Shown here in pieces: positions 45,550 to 55,845 of a stretch of DNA of 64,000 nucleotides. Source of the DNA: a virus. Positions within the stretch are counted from its first letter, which is position 1. Every line of letters begins with the position of its first letter. Where the stretch lies: positions 64,001-128,000 of the IMG/VR virus record IMGVR_UViG_3300045988_171958; one strand, written 5' to 3'. Both the position numbers and the translations under genes were made by a program. Below the pieces are notes generated by a model. That model worked only from the letters and a program-made list of their open reading frames with translations. It did no database searches and had not been told where the DNA came from.

Positions 45550-48500
45550 ATGAGTAACAATTCAAATCCATTAAATATAGCACAATACCTCAAGAAGGTT
45601 GCGGAAAGCTATTCTGGAAAGACAGCAATGACTGATATTTATGAACAGTTTCGTTGTATGTCTAAAGAATATGAAGCATTCAATGAAGAAGATACAGATC
45701 AAGAAATATATTCTTCTGTAAACTTTAAAGAATGTTCTAAAGAAGAGCAAGACAGATATCTTGATTCTGTACTTAGCATGGTATCGTGTTTGATTACTAA
45801 TTCTATTTATGATAAAGTAGGTATTGTACAGTCATGGAAAGATGTTTGGATGCTTACTCAGGATCCTATATATAAGAATGTTGAGAAAGCAAGCAGAAAA
45901 GTAGTTTTTTCTGTTTCATCAAACAATCGACCAATTGGTGAAAAGTCATTCTTTATGTGGAATGGAATCCAAATTATAGATATTGATATTAAGAATAAGA
46001 AGATTGCAAATGAACTGAAAATAAAGATTTTTGAAGATCTCAACAAATATCATTGGTTTTTAGGAGTTGCTAAGTCAGCATCTGGAAAATCACTTCATGT
46101 TTGGACAAAAATAACACCAATATCTTATACAGATGAAAATAAGAAAATTGAATATTTGTGTAACTTCAGACATAAGTACAGTTATTTGTATATTGTTCTC
46201 ACCAAGTATATGAAAGAAATTGGATATACAAAGGATGATATATTTGACTGGATGGATATGGCGATGGCAAAACCACAGCAAGGTATCTTCATTACTTCAG
46301 ATAGTAAAGCATTATTGTCTACCAATTTCATAGACTTACGACTTGATGCAAACTTTGAAACTGCATTTGATACTGGGTTGGAATCTATAGATTGGATATC
46401 ACATCCAGATTTGAAGAATATCTTTGCTAAGTTGGAATGGTTCAATACAGAAAACAATCAGAAGAAAAGTGTAGATATAACAGCAGTTTCTGATATAAAT
46501 GATGTTGATCCAAGCAAATGCATTCGTCGACATTATAAGCATGCACAACGTTGGCAACTTGCAAACACTCTTACTTCTCTTTATGGATATGATAAGGCAT
46601 TACAGTATATGGTTGCTATTTGTGATGGTACTGATTATAAAGAGCTTAAAGGAGATGTTAAGACTGCAAGTATACACGATAAGCCAGTTTCTGTTTGGGC
46701 AATCAAACAGTTGAACAAATACCATGGATTCAATATTAAGATAGAAGATGACAATATCTATAAAGAAGAACAGAAGTCATTGACTACAAATGAAGAAGAT
46801 GAAAAAATATTCAAGTCACCAACAGATGTATTGAATGATAAAGATGATAACTTAGTAAAGTTGCATTTGAATAAAGATCAGTATCTTTCTGATTTGAAGG
46901 ATGATATTCTCAAGAATTTGAATCATATTACATTGTTGGAAGCAGGTGCTGGATATGGAAAGACTGAAATGATTAAGGCATTCAAAGCTAAGACACTTCT
47001 GATACTTCCATTTACTTCAACAATCAAAGCAAAAGTAGAAACATCATCTGTAACATCAGATTGGTTATATTACTATGGAAATAAAAAACCATCTTTAGAG
47101 GACTTGCTTTCAAACAAATCTATGTCAATGACAATAGATAAGTTTTCAAGATTGAATGTCATGGAACTTGATACTGCAGGATTTGAATATATAGTACTTG
47201 ATGAGTCACATCTCATATTCACTTCTTCTTATCGAGATGTAATGGCTCCAACAATCCAGAGACTTGCTAATTGTAAAGCAAAAATAATCATGATGACTGG
47301 TACTCCAACTGGAGAAATGCTATTCTTTCCTGGTATCAAACATATCAAAGTTGAGAAAGATGACTATAGAGAGAAATCTTTTGAATTGAACATGTGCCCA
47401 ACAAAAGTAGAACAAATGATTGAAATGGCTCATTCAATGGCAAAAGATATCAAAGATGGTAAGAAAATTCTATATCCAACAAATAAAGGAAATCTTTGGT
47501 ATGATCAGCTTACAGGTCTTGTTCAGCAATATCTTGATGATATGAAGTTTGGAAGACAGATAAATTGTTTCTATTATAAGAAATCCAATTATGGTGAAGA
47601 ATCTATGGATCTCATCAACTTTGACAAATCTATAGGAAATAATGATATTGTATTCTGTACAACTTACTTGTCAGTAGGTGTGGATATTTGTGATAAGTTC
47701 AGTTTCTCTGTTTATTTTAATGAACAATGGATTCCTCAGGATATTGAACAGTTTGCAAACAGACTTAGAAACAACAATCTGTATCTTAAGATGTTTCTTC
47801 CAAAGAAAGATTCTGTTGGAATGCCTATCAATTATTACTATACTCAACCATTAGATTTGAGTTTGAATCAAGGTGATTTGCTTTTAGCAAGAGATTTGAT
47901 TAAGACATGTAATGATATGATAGAAAGAAACAATGAAGAATCAAAATACAATCCATTCATTCAGTCATTGCTTTCTACTAACAAATATCTTAAGTATGAT
48001 GAAAATCAATGTAAGTATTTTATTGATGAGACAACATATAAGTTGAGTGTGTTTGAAGACAGATATGCTAGCTATATGAAGCAACTTCCAATGATGATTG
48101 AAGGTCTTCAATATTATGGATATGTTACAAATGTAATTGACCATGAAAAGGAGATTTCAGAAGACAGATTGGAATTCATTGAAGATTATCTTAAGTCATG
48201 CAGACACATGAGATTCAATCAAGTTACTGTTGAAACTTTGGATTTCTTGGATCATGTAAATGATGGAAATATTGATTTGTATCGGGAACTCATTTCTGGA
48301 AACTACAACATATTCAAAGATGATGAATATAGAGAGATGAGAGAAGACAATAACTTATATGTAAAGGATATTGAAATAATGGAAAGAAATGTTCCAATAG
48401 TATTGTCATTGTACAAAAACTACAACATAGATACTATCAAAGATATATATAAGTATTGTATTGACAAGAAGCAGAACAGAATAAATTTCAGTAAGCTAAA

Positions 48501-49203
48501 CAGAATCAGAAAGTTTGTTTCAATAGAACAAAGCAGAAGAAAACGAAGACTTGATTTCCCTATCTTGAGATTTGTAAAAGATGCTCAGAAATGGGCTGAT
48601 GATACAATGAAATGTACAAGAGAAGAAATAGATGAATGGTTGAAGGAATATGCATGTAAATATGCAAATTCTGTAAAGGATGTTGTAGTTGAAGATAAAG
48701 CATATCTTGAGAAGATTTATGATTTGACATGCAACTTATGGAAAATTGTAATTGACCAATCTAAACCGAAAAATGGAATCATAACAATAAGACCATTTGA
48801 AATGCTTTGGGATACTAAACAAGAAATAAATGAGATTTACCAGAACAACATTACTAAGCAGTTCTTCTTACAAGAACTTATAGAAAACATTAAGATAGAA
48901 GATGAAACTAAGAAAGAAGAAACATTAGAGGAATATGAATCTAAGTTACCAGAAAATCTTCCACACACTTCAAAATACAAATTAGAGCAAATTGAAAGTC
49001 AATTGAAGAATGTAATACATGATGGTTATGATTATAGTGATTATGCTTCAAAGGATGGAACAAATAAGAGATTTGTTGAGAAGATGGAGAATACTAATTC
49101 ATTACGAGGTACGATCTTTGGTCAGAATTTGAACAAATCTGAAGATACTTCTTACATGAAGAAAATGGAAGAGAAAAATTTATTTGAGGATTGTCCATTT
49201 TAA
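45550..49203 (+). CDS. AEP-type primase-polymerase domain fused to an SF2 (DExH) helicase, 1217 aa
   Basis: N-terminal IIDIDIK (DxD) and SASGKSLHVW (sGxGxH-like). Central Walker A EAGAGYGKTE, VLDESH and MMTGTP. Confidence 0.75.
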   Translation: MSNNSNPLNIAQYLKKVAESYSGKTAMTDIYEQFRCMSKEYEAFNEEDTDQEIYSSVNFKECSKEEQDRYLDSVLSMVSCLITNSIYDKVGIVQSWKDVWMLTQDPIYKNVEKASRKVVFSVSSNNRPIGEKSFFMWNGIQIIDIDIKNKKIANELKIKIFEDLNKYHWFLGVAKSASGKSLHVWTKITPISYTDENKKIEYLCNFRHKYSYLYIVLTKYMKEIGYTKDDIFDWMDMAMAKPQQGIFITSDSKALLSTNFIDLRLDANFETAFDTGLESIDWISHPDLKNIFAKLEWFNTENNQKKSVDITAVSDINDVDPSKCIRRHYKHAQRWQLANTLTSLYGYDKALQYMVAICDGTDYKELKGDVKTASIHDKPVSVWAIKQLNKYHGFNIKIEDDNIYKEEQKSLTTNEEDEKIFKSPTDVLNDKDDNLVKLHLNKDQYLSDLKDDILKNLNHITLLEAGAGYGKTEMIKAFKAKTLLILPFTSTIKAKVETSSVTSDWLYYYGNKKPSLEDLLSNKSMSMTIDKFSRLNVMELDTAGFEYIVLDESHLIFTSSYRDVMAPTIQRLANCKAKIIMMTGTPTGEMLFFPGIKHIKVEKDDYREKSFELNMCPTKVEQMIEMAHSMAKDIKDGKKILYPTNKGNLWYDQLTGLVQQYLDDMKFGRQINCFYYKKSNYGEESMDLINFDKSIGNNDIVFCTTYLSVGVDICDKFSFSVYFNEQWIPQDIEQFANRLRNNNLYLKMFLPKKDSVGMPINYYYTQPLDLSLNQGDLLLARDLIKTCNDMIERNNEESKYNPFIQSLLSTNKYLKYDENQCKYFIDETTYKLSVFEDRYASYMKQLPMMIEGLQYYGYVTNVIDHEKEISEDRLEFIEDYLKSCRHMRFNQVTVETLDFLDHVNDGNIDLYRELISGNYNIFKDDEYREMREDNNLYVKDIEIMERNVPIVLSLYKNYNIDTIKDIYKYCIDKKQNRINFSKLNRIRKFVSIEQSRRKRRLDFPILRFVKDAQKWADDTMKCTREEIDEWLKEYACKYANSVKDVVVEDKAYLEKIYDLTCNLWKIVIDQSKPKNGIITIRPFEMLWDTKQEINEIYQNNITKQFFLQELIENIKIEDETKKEETLEEYESKLPENLPHTSKYKLEQIESQLKNVIHDGYDYSDYASKDGTNKRFVEKMENTNSLRGTIFGQNLNKSEDTSYMKKMEEKNLFEDCPF

Positions 49204-49242
49204 TTGAAATGGACACCTCTTTATTACTATATTAATATTATT

Positions 49243-49362
49243 ATGGAAGATAAATGTTATTATTGTCCAAGAAATTTCTATTGTAATAAGAATGTTTGTG
49301 AAATAGAAATTAAAGAAAGAGAAAATCTCAATAAGAGAAAGAAACACGTATTTAAATTGTAA
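49243..49362 (+). CDS. 39-aa Cys-rich micro-ORF abutting the endonuclease gene (not in the track)
   Basis: MEDKCYYCPRNFYCNKNVCEIEIKERENLNKRKKHVFKL. Its stop TAA abuts the next start codon (TAAATG). Confidence 0.35.
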   Translation: MEDKCYYCPRNFYCNKNVCEIEIKERENLNKRKKHVFKL

Positions 49363-50319
49363 ATGGAATATGATAAAATTATTACAAATTTATTAATAAG
49401 TAATAAAAATAAAATTAGAAATGGAATATTAAGAAAAATAAAATTAAAATATCCTAATATATTATCTTATTTAATAAAAAGATATGATGATTCGGAATCA
49501 ATATCTGAAACTATAAGAAGAATTCAATATAATATAGAAAAAAGACCAGTTTGTAAAGTATGTGGTAAAAAGGTAAACTATATTTGTAATGGGAATTATA
49601 GAAATGTTTGTTCTTTTAAATGTGGAGAAATATATTGTAGAGAAAGAAGGTTTAAAACTATGATAGATAAATATGGTACACCATATCCTTATGAAAATAA
49701 AGATATAATGCGAAAAATGAGGGAAAATTTAAAAAATAAATATGGTGTTGATAATCCTTCTAAATTAGAAAATGTAAAAGAAAAGAAGAAAAATACATTT
49801 ATAAAACATTATGGTGTAGATAATTATTTCAAAACTGAAAAATCAGTTAAAAGATCCCATACAAAAGAATGTATAAATAAACAATATTTGACAAAAATAA
49901 AAAATAATTCATTTGGAAAATCTAAACAGGAAGATACAATATATGAAAAAATAAAAGAAGTATATCCAGATGTTATAAGACAATATAAAGATAAAATAAG
50001 ATATCCATATAATTGTGATTTTTATATTCCTGAGATAGATTTATTTATAGAATACCAGGGTTATTATACTCATGGTAAACATCCATTTAATATTAATAAT
50101 GAAAATGATAAAGAATTAATGGAGAAATATATAAATAAATATGGTAATAACAATCAACAATATACTATATGGTGTGTAAAAGATGTAGAAAAAAGGAATA
50201 CTGCAAAAAATAATAATTTAAATTATATTGAATTATTTAATTTTAAAAAATTAGATGAATTAATTGAAATAATAAAAAATAAAAACTATATTAAAAATAT
50301 TAGTAATTTAGTAATTTAA
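49363..50319 (+). CDS. free-standing endonuclease-like protein, paralogue 2
   Basis: CKVCGKKV...CSFKCG. Repeats KYGTPYP/KYGVDNP/HYGVDNY. Core CDFYIPEIDLFIEYQGYYTHGKHPFN. Extremely AT-rich. Confidence 0.65.
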   Translation: MEYDKIITNLLISNKNKIRNGILRKIKLKYPNILSYLIKRYDDSESISETIRRIQYNIEKRPVCKVCGKKVNYICNGNYRNVCSFKCGEIYCRERRFKTMIDKYGTPYPYENKDIMRKMRENLKNKYGVDNPSKLENVKEKKKNTFIKHYGVDNYFKTEKSVKRSHTKECINKQYLTKIKNNSFGKSKQEDTIYEKIKEVYPDVIRQYKDKIRYPYNCDFYIPEIDLFIEYQGYYTHGKHPFNINNENDKELMEKYINKYGNNNQQYTIWCVKDVEKRNTAKNNNLNYIELFNFKKLDELIEIIKNKNYIKNISNLVI

Positions 50320-50331
50320 AACAATATTAAA

Positions 50332-51063
50332 ATGGGACATACATTAAAAATTTGGAATGAATTTGGAATTAAGTGTAAAACATCTTTTCATGCTGCTGGA
50401 TTGGATTTCTTTGTACCAAGATTAAATGGTATGGCGCCAGATAAGAAAAGAGCGGCGTATTTTGCTTTTCAGAAGTCATTTGATATTTCTGAAGTTGATA
50501 TGGGTAAGCTTTGTAATGAAGCTAAGCGTATCTTAATAGAGAAAATAGGAGACCCTGTAAGAGCAGATGAAAATTCACTTGATACTGTGCATTTATTTTT
50601 GGCATTAGATAGTGTAATGACTAGAAATAAACATAATACAATGCTAGAAAAGTTAGCAGATTTTTGCGATCATCGTCTTGTTTATGATAAGAAAGAAGAT
50701 AAAGTAGGTCTTTGGCTAGATTTCGGAGATCAACTTAAAATTAATTCTGGTATTCATGAAGTATTACCGCTTAATTATGCTGGTGTATTCTTAAATAAGT
50801 CTGGTAAAGGTAATGAAGGTTTTGATGTCCGGTCTCAGGTGGTGGATGATGATTATGTTGGATGTGTACATCTTTCTATTTCTTTTACAAAAGATAAGAA
50901 GAGTCCAATGGTTTGGTGTGGCGACAAGGTTATTCAGCAGCTTATTCTTCCTATTTGGCAGGTATCTGATATTGATGAACTTTCTGAAGATGACTATAGA
51001 GAGTTGATGAAAGATTCCGAACGTGGAGAAAATGGATTTGGTTCACAAGATCATAAGAAGTAG
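50332..51063 (+). CDS. dut: trimeric-type dUTPase with a large internal insertion
   Basis: AAGLDFFVP (motif 1), SQVVDDDYVGCVHLSISF (motif 3), GDKVIQQLILPI (motif 4) and ERGENGFGSQD (motif 5). About 100 extra residues lie after motif 1. Confidence 0.75.
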   Translation: MGHTLKIWNEFGIKCKTSFHAAGLDFFVPRLNGMAPDKKRAAYFAFQKSFDISEVDMGKLCNEAKRILIEKIGDPVRADENSLDTVHLFLALDSVMTRNKHNTMLEKLADFCDHRLVYDKKEDKVGLWLDFGDQLKINSGIHEVLPLNYAGVFLNKSGKGNEGFDVRSQVVDDDYVGCVHLSISFTKDKKSPMVWCGDKVIQQLILPIWQVSDIDELSEDDYRELMKDSERGENGFGSQDHKK

Positions 51064-51066
51064 AAT

Positions 51067-51474
51067 ATGGGAACAACAGATTTCAACAATGTCGATATCG
51101 ACATGAAAGATATGAAAGATAAGATGAAGGAATTGGACAAATGTATTGGTATGATGTATTATACATATCATGAATGCCCAATTCCAGATGATGATAAGTT
51201 GCTAAACTGGTCATTCAATCTCATTAAGCATCTTGAAGCAGCTAAACCATATATTGCACAACATTGCACTATTAGAAATACTTATCATGATTTCAACATG
51301 CAATTAGTAAAGTATGTTATGCCAATATATGAAGTATTGCAGAGATGTTATGACAATATGCCATGTCACATGAATGGTTCTGAACATCATGTTTATCTTT
51401 ATAACCAATTAGAAAGCTTGAAAAAATTACTTTTTGATAAAGATGAATGTAGATTGATTAAGAAAAAGAAATAA
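51067..51474 (+). CDS. hypothetical protein, 135 aa (Cys/His-rich)
   Basis: ORF. Confidence 0.55.
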   Translation: MGTTDFNNVDIDMKDMKDKMKELDKCIGMMYYTYHECPIPDDDKLLNWSFNLIKHLEAAKPYIAQHCTIRNTYHDFNMQLVKYVMPIYEVLQRCYDNMPCHMNGSEHHVYLYNQLESLKKLLFDKDECRLIKKKK

Positions 51475-51480
51475 AATTGA

Positions 51481-51535
51481 TTGCTGTTTTTGTTTTACAA
51501 TTTTTAATTAAGATTAAGTAAAACAGAAACAGCAA
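51481..51535 (+). terminator. long hairpin (17-bp stem) between genes
   Basis: TTGCTGTTTTTGTTTTA pairs with TAAAACAGAAACAGCAA with one G-U pair, followed by TTT. Confidence 0.6.
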
Positions 51536-51538
51536 TTT

Positions 51539-53845
51539 ATGTTATCATTTCCAAGTACATTAAATAAAGGTGGTTCTCATCTCATTACGCCACAACAATC
51601 TAATTCTTTGAAAGATGTATTGAACAATTCATTAAGATCTGCATTTAATGCCGCAGTATCAAAAGCAACATCTGGACAAGGTTATGATACTGATGGTATA
51701 AGATATAATGAAGATAGGGACACTTCTTCACTGATAGATGATTTAGATTTCTCTTCACATCCAACAGTAAAATATGAATCAAATATGTTGGCACCTCCTG
51801 CTAACAAAAACAATGAAACAAATAAGCAAGCTGTAATTTGGACACCTACTCACATGAATAACCAGATATTCCAAGTGGTGAACAATTACAGATGTTTCTT
51901 ATCTGGTATGCTTATAGAAACAGGAAATGATGGTGAAAAACAAGGTACTAATGGAAAGTGGTATAAGACATATAATTTTAAAGGTGACTTGACTCCATCT
52001 TTGTTCAATCCTTATCATGCTTTGCCAGTATATGGAATAATGGAAAACGTTCCATTGATGGATGGTACATTTCTTTCTAAACATGACAAAGCTGAAATAG
52101 CTAAACTGGATGATTGTTCTATAAGAGAGTTGGTGAATCTAAGTTCTGTAAGAAAGTCTATACTTGGTAATGCAAGATACAGATATGCAGATTTCATGTA
52201 TTGTAAAGATCTTGGAAAGATTTCTAACAACCACATGATAACGTTGCGTAAATTTGCTATTCCGGTTGGTGACAACATATTCAGATCAACAGTGGCAAAA
52301 ACAGCTGGTGAAGGTAAAGATGATCCAATGTCTTCTATTGGTGATGTTGGAAGAATGATTACTTGGTTTGATACAGATGACAATAAGCTTAGTGATATCA
52401 TGTCTTATGAATATGAAGCTTCTTGGAAAAAACTTGATGCTAAGATACAACAGTTGGATTCACAAGAAGATGATGAAGGTAGAGGTATAGCTGGTAAAAT
52501 CATAAACAACTTAAGTCCTGGTTATAACTTACAATCTGCACATGGTATCAATTCAGGTGGTTTGCTTGGTCAATTGATGAACAGTATGGGTATAGGTGCA
52601 AATACACATGAATATCAGCATAATGATGTTGCATTAGGTAGAAACTATGACAACAACAAAGTGTATACTCCAAGAGATACTATTCAAGATACCCACATAT
52701 ATGAAGGTAAGCTTACATTCAAACATGAATTTACTTTGAATTTCTCTTATAAGTTGAGAGCTTATGACAACATCAACCCTAAGTCTGCTTTCTTAGATTT
52801 GCTTGGTAACATCCTAACCGTCACATATAGAAAAGGAACATTCTGGGGAGGAAAGAGTGAAATATTAGGAGCTAAACCTAATAAAGCAGGATGGCAAAAA
52901 TACAATAATGTATTGAAGGGATTGTCAGATGCTGGTGGTGACTTATGGAAAAACATATTTCATCTTGAAGGAGCTAATACTGATGGATTATTAGGTGCTC
53001 TATCTCAATTTGGTAGTTCTTTACTTGATATAGTAAAAGGAGCTGGAATGGATATAGGAGGAGCAGCTTCTAGTGCAATGCAAACTGCCAAAGATTTCTT
53101 ATCTGGTAATATTACAGCTGGTGAAGTAATGGGTAAAGTAAAAACTAGCGTACAAGCTGGTGCACAAAAAGCAGCAGATTTGAATCTTGGTCAAGTAATG
53201 ATGGGTTCTATAAAGAACAAATTAGGTCGTCCAGCATTATATGCTTTTGACTCATTGCTTACTGGAGCTAAAGTAGGTCTTTGGCATGTAACTATAGGTA
53301 ATCCAAAAAATCCTATTGCAACATTTGGAAATCTGATAATGACAAATGCAAAAATAACTCATAGTGGTCCATTAGGATTTGATGATTTCCCAACTGACTT
53401 ACATGTATCTGTAACACTAAAGCATGCCATGTCAAGGGATGCTACAGAAATATCTAAGATGTATACTAAGGGTCAGAATGGAATATACTTTTCATTATGT
53501 TCTCCTTTCAATACTATAGAATTTAATGATGGAGAAAAAGCTCGATCAAACATAAGTTTGGAAACCCCACCAGCAACACCTCCTAAAGGTCAAGTAAATG
53601 ATGTAACAAAGAAACAAAACCAAAACAAAGAAAACCAGAAGAATGCAGATAATGAAAAGAAAGATGATGATAAAGATTTGATGGATGATGAGATAAATAA
53701 TAGTAAAAAAGATAAACCTTTAGATTTGATTCCTGGTAAAGCAAATACAGCATTTGATAGTCCATCAACTACTCAATATACTAGATTTGCTTGGAGTGGT
53801 TGTGATACTGAAGAATATATAACATCTAAAGATGAAATGCGTTAA
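51539..53845 (+). CDS. large hypothetical protein, 768 aa (virion or ejection protein candidate)
   Basis: ORF with a Gly/Ala-rich central region and a Lys/Asp/Asn-rich low-complexity segment near the C-terminus. Confidence 0.7.
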   Translation: MLSFPSTLNKGGSHLITPQQSNSLKDVLNNSLRSAFNAAVSKATSGQGYDTDGIRYNEDRDTSSLIDDLDFSSHPTVKYESNMLAPPANKNNETNKQAVIWTPTHMNNQIFQVVNNYRCFLSGMLIETGNDGEKQGTNGKWYKTYNFKGDLTPSLFNPYHALPVYGIMENVPLMDGTFLSKHDKAEIAKLDDCSIRELVNLSSVRKSILGNARYRYADFMYCKDLGKISNNHMITLRKFAIPVGDNIFRSTVAKTAGEGKDDPMSSIGDVGRMITWFDTDDNKLSDIMSYEYEASWKKLDAKIQQLDSQEDDEGRGIAGKIINNLSPGYNLQSAHGINSGGLLGQLMNSMGIGANTHEYQHNDVALGRNYDNNKVYTPRDTIQDTHIYEGKLTFKHEFTLNFSYKLRAYDNINPKSAFLDLLGNILTVTYRKGTFWGGKSEILGAKPNKAGWQKYNNVLKGLSDAGGDLWKNIFHLEGANTDGLLGALSQFGSSLLDIVKGAGMDIGGAASSAMQTAKDFLSGNITAGEVMGKVKTSVQAGAQKAADLNLGQVMMGSIKNKLGRPALYAFDSLLTGAKVGLWHVTIGNPKNPIATFGNLIMTNAKITHSGPLGFDDFPTDLHVSVTLKHAMSRDATEISKMYTKGQNGIYFSLCSPFNTIEFNDGEKARSNISLETPPATPPKGQVNDVTKKQNQNKENQKNADNEKKDDDKDLMDDEINNSKKDKPLDLIPGKANTAFDSPSTTQYTRFAWSGCDTEEYITSKDEMR

Positions 53846-53900
53846 CCATTATTTCTATATTTTATTAGAATAAAAACATAGAATAAGACTGCAATAAAGA

Positions 53901-54965
53901 ATGAAAAGAGTATTATATATTGGTTTAAATGGTTATGCTGGATCTGGAAAAGATACAGTTGCAAAGATGTTGTCACATATTTTGAATTATTCATTTTCAG
54001 ATAAAGAAAGTGCATGGGATAGTTTTAAGAGAAATTTCAATCCAGAAGAAACAGCAACATTTCCTCCTGATAAGATGTATAATAAGTGTATGTGTATTGC
54101 TTTTGCTGACCAATTGAAGGAGTTGTGTGCTAACATGTTCCAAGTGAATGTTGAGTATTTCTATACATCAAAAGCCAATTCTTGGATTTGTATCAATAAA
54201 GGATTTGAATTTACTAAAGAGAAACCAGATCCTAAGCATATCATAACTGCTCAAGATTATTATGTGAATACAAGCATGTATCAGGAATCTGATGATAAAT
54301 TCTATATGTCATTAAGAGAAATTCTTGTTTATGTTGGTACTTATGTATTGCAGAATTCTATTTCTAAAAGAATATTTACAAATGTTGTAGAAAAGAAAAT
54401 CAACCAAAGAACGAATCTTGAGTATGCTATCTGTACTGATGTACGATTCTTACATGAATTTGATTTTATCAGAACACATCAAGGTGTAATGATAAATATT
54501 GTCAGGGATGGAATTACACAGTTGAATAATGTTGCTGAACATGATTTGGATGATGAAGAAAATTTTGATTTCACTATAGAAAATAATTCTGATTATGAAT
54601 CTTTGTTCTATCAAGTTTGGGACATGATAAATGAAAATGTAAGATTCAAAAATATAACTATCAATTTATATTCTCATGATTGCTCTGATAATTTCATGGT
54701 TTTAGATGAGTTACCGGTTAAAGATACATATAGAAATCATGGTTATATTTGGTATCTTGTTTCAGAATATGGAGCATCAAGAGTAGCACATGATAATGGG
54801 CAGATAGTTTTCATAGACCCATCAGGTGGTCCAATGATAGAGGTTGGAACATTATTGAATCAATATTCAGATATAAGCAATATATTGAATGAATATCATA
54901 AAGTAAAGAAAATATGGTTTGACACTATTACAGGTAGACCTATGATAGAAACAGAAAAACCTTAA
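53901..54965 (+). CDS. P-loop dNMP kinase-like N-terminal domain plus an unknown C-terminal domain
   Basis: GLNGYAGSGKDTVAKML resembles the T4 gp1-type SGKDT P-loop. Confidence 0.5.
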   Translation: MKRVLYIGLNGYAGSGKDTVAKMLSHILNYSFSDKESAWDSFKRNFNPEETATFPPDKMYNKCMCIAFADQLKELCANMFQVNVEYFYTSKANSWICINKGFEFTKEKPDPKHIITAQDYYVNTSMYQESDDKFYMSLREILVYVGTYVLQNSISKRIFTNVVEKKINQRTNLEYAICTDVRFLHEFDFIRTHQGVMINIVRDGITQLNNVAEHDLDDEENFDFTIENNSDYESLFYQVWDMINENVRFKNITINLYSHDCSDNFMVLDELPVKDTYRNHGYIWYLVSEYGASRVAHDNGQIVFIDPSGGPMIEVGTLLNQYSDISNILNEYHKVKKIWFDTITGRPMIETEKP

Positions 54966-54983
54966 AAAGACTTCAGGTTTACT

Positions 54984-55024
54984 ATGTGGAATATTTTTAT
55001 TAAATTAAAGATATTCCACATTTC
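54984..55024 (+). terminator. intrinsic terminator
   Basis: 11-bp stem ATGTGGAATAT/ATATTCCACAT followed by TTT. Confidence 0.65.
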
Positions 55025-55035
55025 ATTTATATATC

Positions 55036-55836
55036 ATGTTTGAATTCTTCACTAAAATGATTGAGGAATTTGGCGGCCTAGGATTAGCTATACTGGTCTT
55101 AGGTGGCTTGCTATATTTCTTGATATCTCGTTCTGATAAAAAGGCAGAAAAGTCCATAGCAGATTTATCTGAAAACATATCTACTACATTAGCTAACCAA
55201 AATAAAGATTTGCTAAATACATTGACTTCATCAAATAATCAAATGCAAGCTAATCTGATCAATTTGATAGAAAAAACTATGAATCTTAGAGATCAGAATG
55301 TTGTAAAATTACATAATGCTAGTATGAACCATAGAATGGATATATCTGACAAAATGCAAAAAATGTTATTTGAAATGATGAATTTCTATCATGCTAGAAG
55401 ATGTGGAGTAATGGAATTCCATAATAGTACAAGTAATTTGAACAATCTAAGTTTCTTATGGTATGATTTGTCTTATGAAAATATGCAAAGAAATGTCACA
55501 CCTATATCAGGGCAAGTAAAAAATCTTCAACTTTCAATACTTTCTCCTGTTATGTCAGACCTTATAAATAATGACGGTATTGTAGTATATAGAAGTTCTG
55601 AAATTAAAAAACTAGAACAAAGATCACCTGTATTGTATGACCATTTGAAAAACAAACTTAATGCTAGCAATATGATTTATGCTGGACTTTATAGTTGTGA
55701 CAATAATTTAATAGGAATTGTATTTTTGGAATACAATGACTTTTTCAAATATCCAGAAGATATAATAGATTTGCATGATATAAAAGAAAGAGCTAGTGGA
55801 ATATCACAGTTGCTTGAATTCAAAAGTATGGTTTAA
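55036..55836 (+). CDS. hypothetical protein with an N-terminal TM anchor, 266 aa
   Basis: ORF with GGLGLAILVLGGLLYFLI. Confidence 0.6.
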   Translation: MFEFFTKMIEEFGGLGLAILVLGGLLYFLISRSDKKAEKSIADLSENISTTLANQNKDLLNTLTSSNNQMQANLINLIEKTMNLRDQNVVKLHNASMNHRMDISDKMQKMLFEMMNFYHARRCGVMEFHNSTSNLNNLSFLWYDLSYENMQRNVTPISGQVKNLQLSILSPVMSDLINNDGIVVYRSSEIKKLEQRSPVLYDHLKNKLNASNMIYAGLYSCDNNLIGIVFLEYNDFFKYPEDIIDLHDIKERASGISQLLEFKSMV

Positions 55837-55845
55837 CAATTGCTT

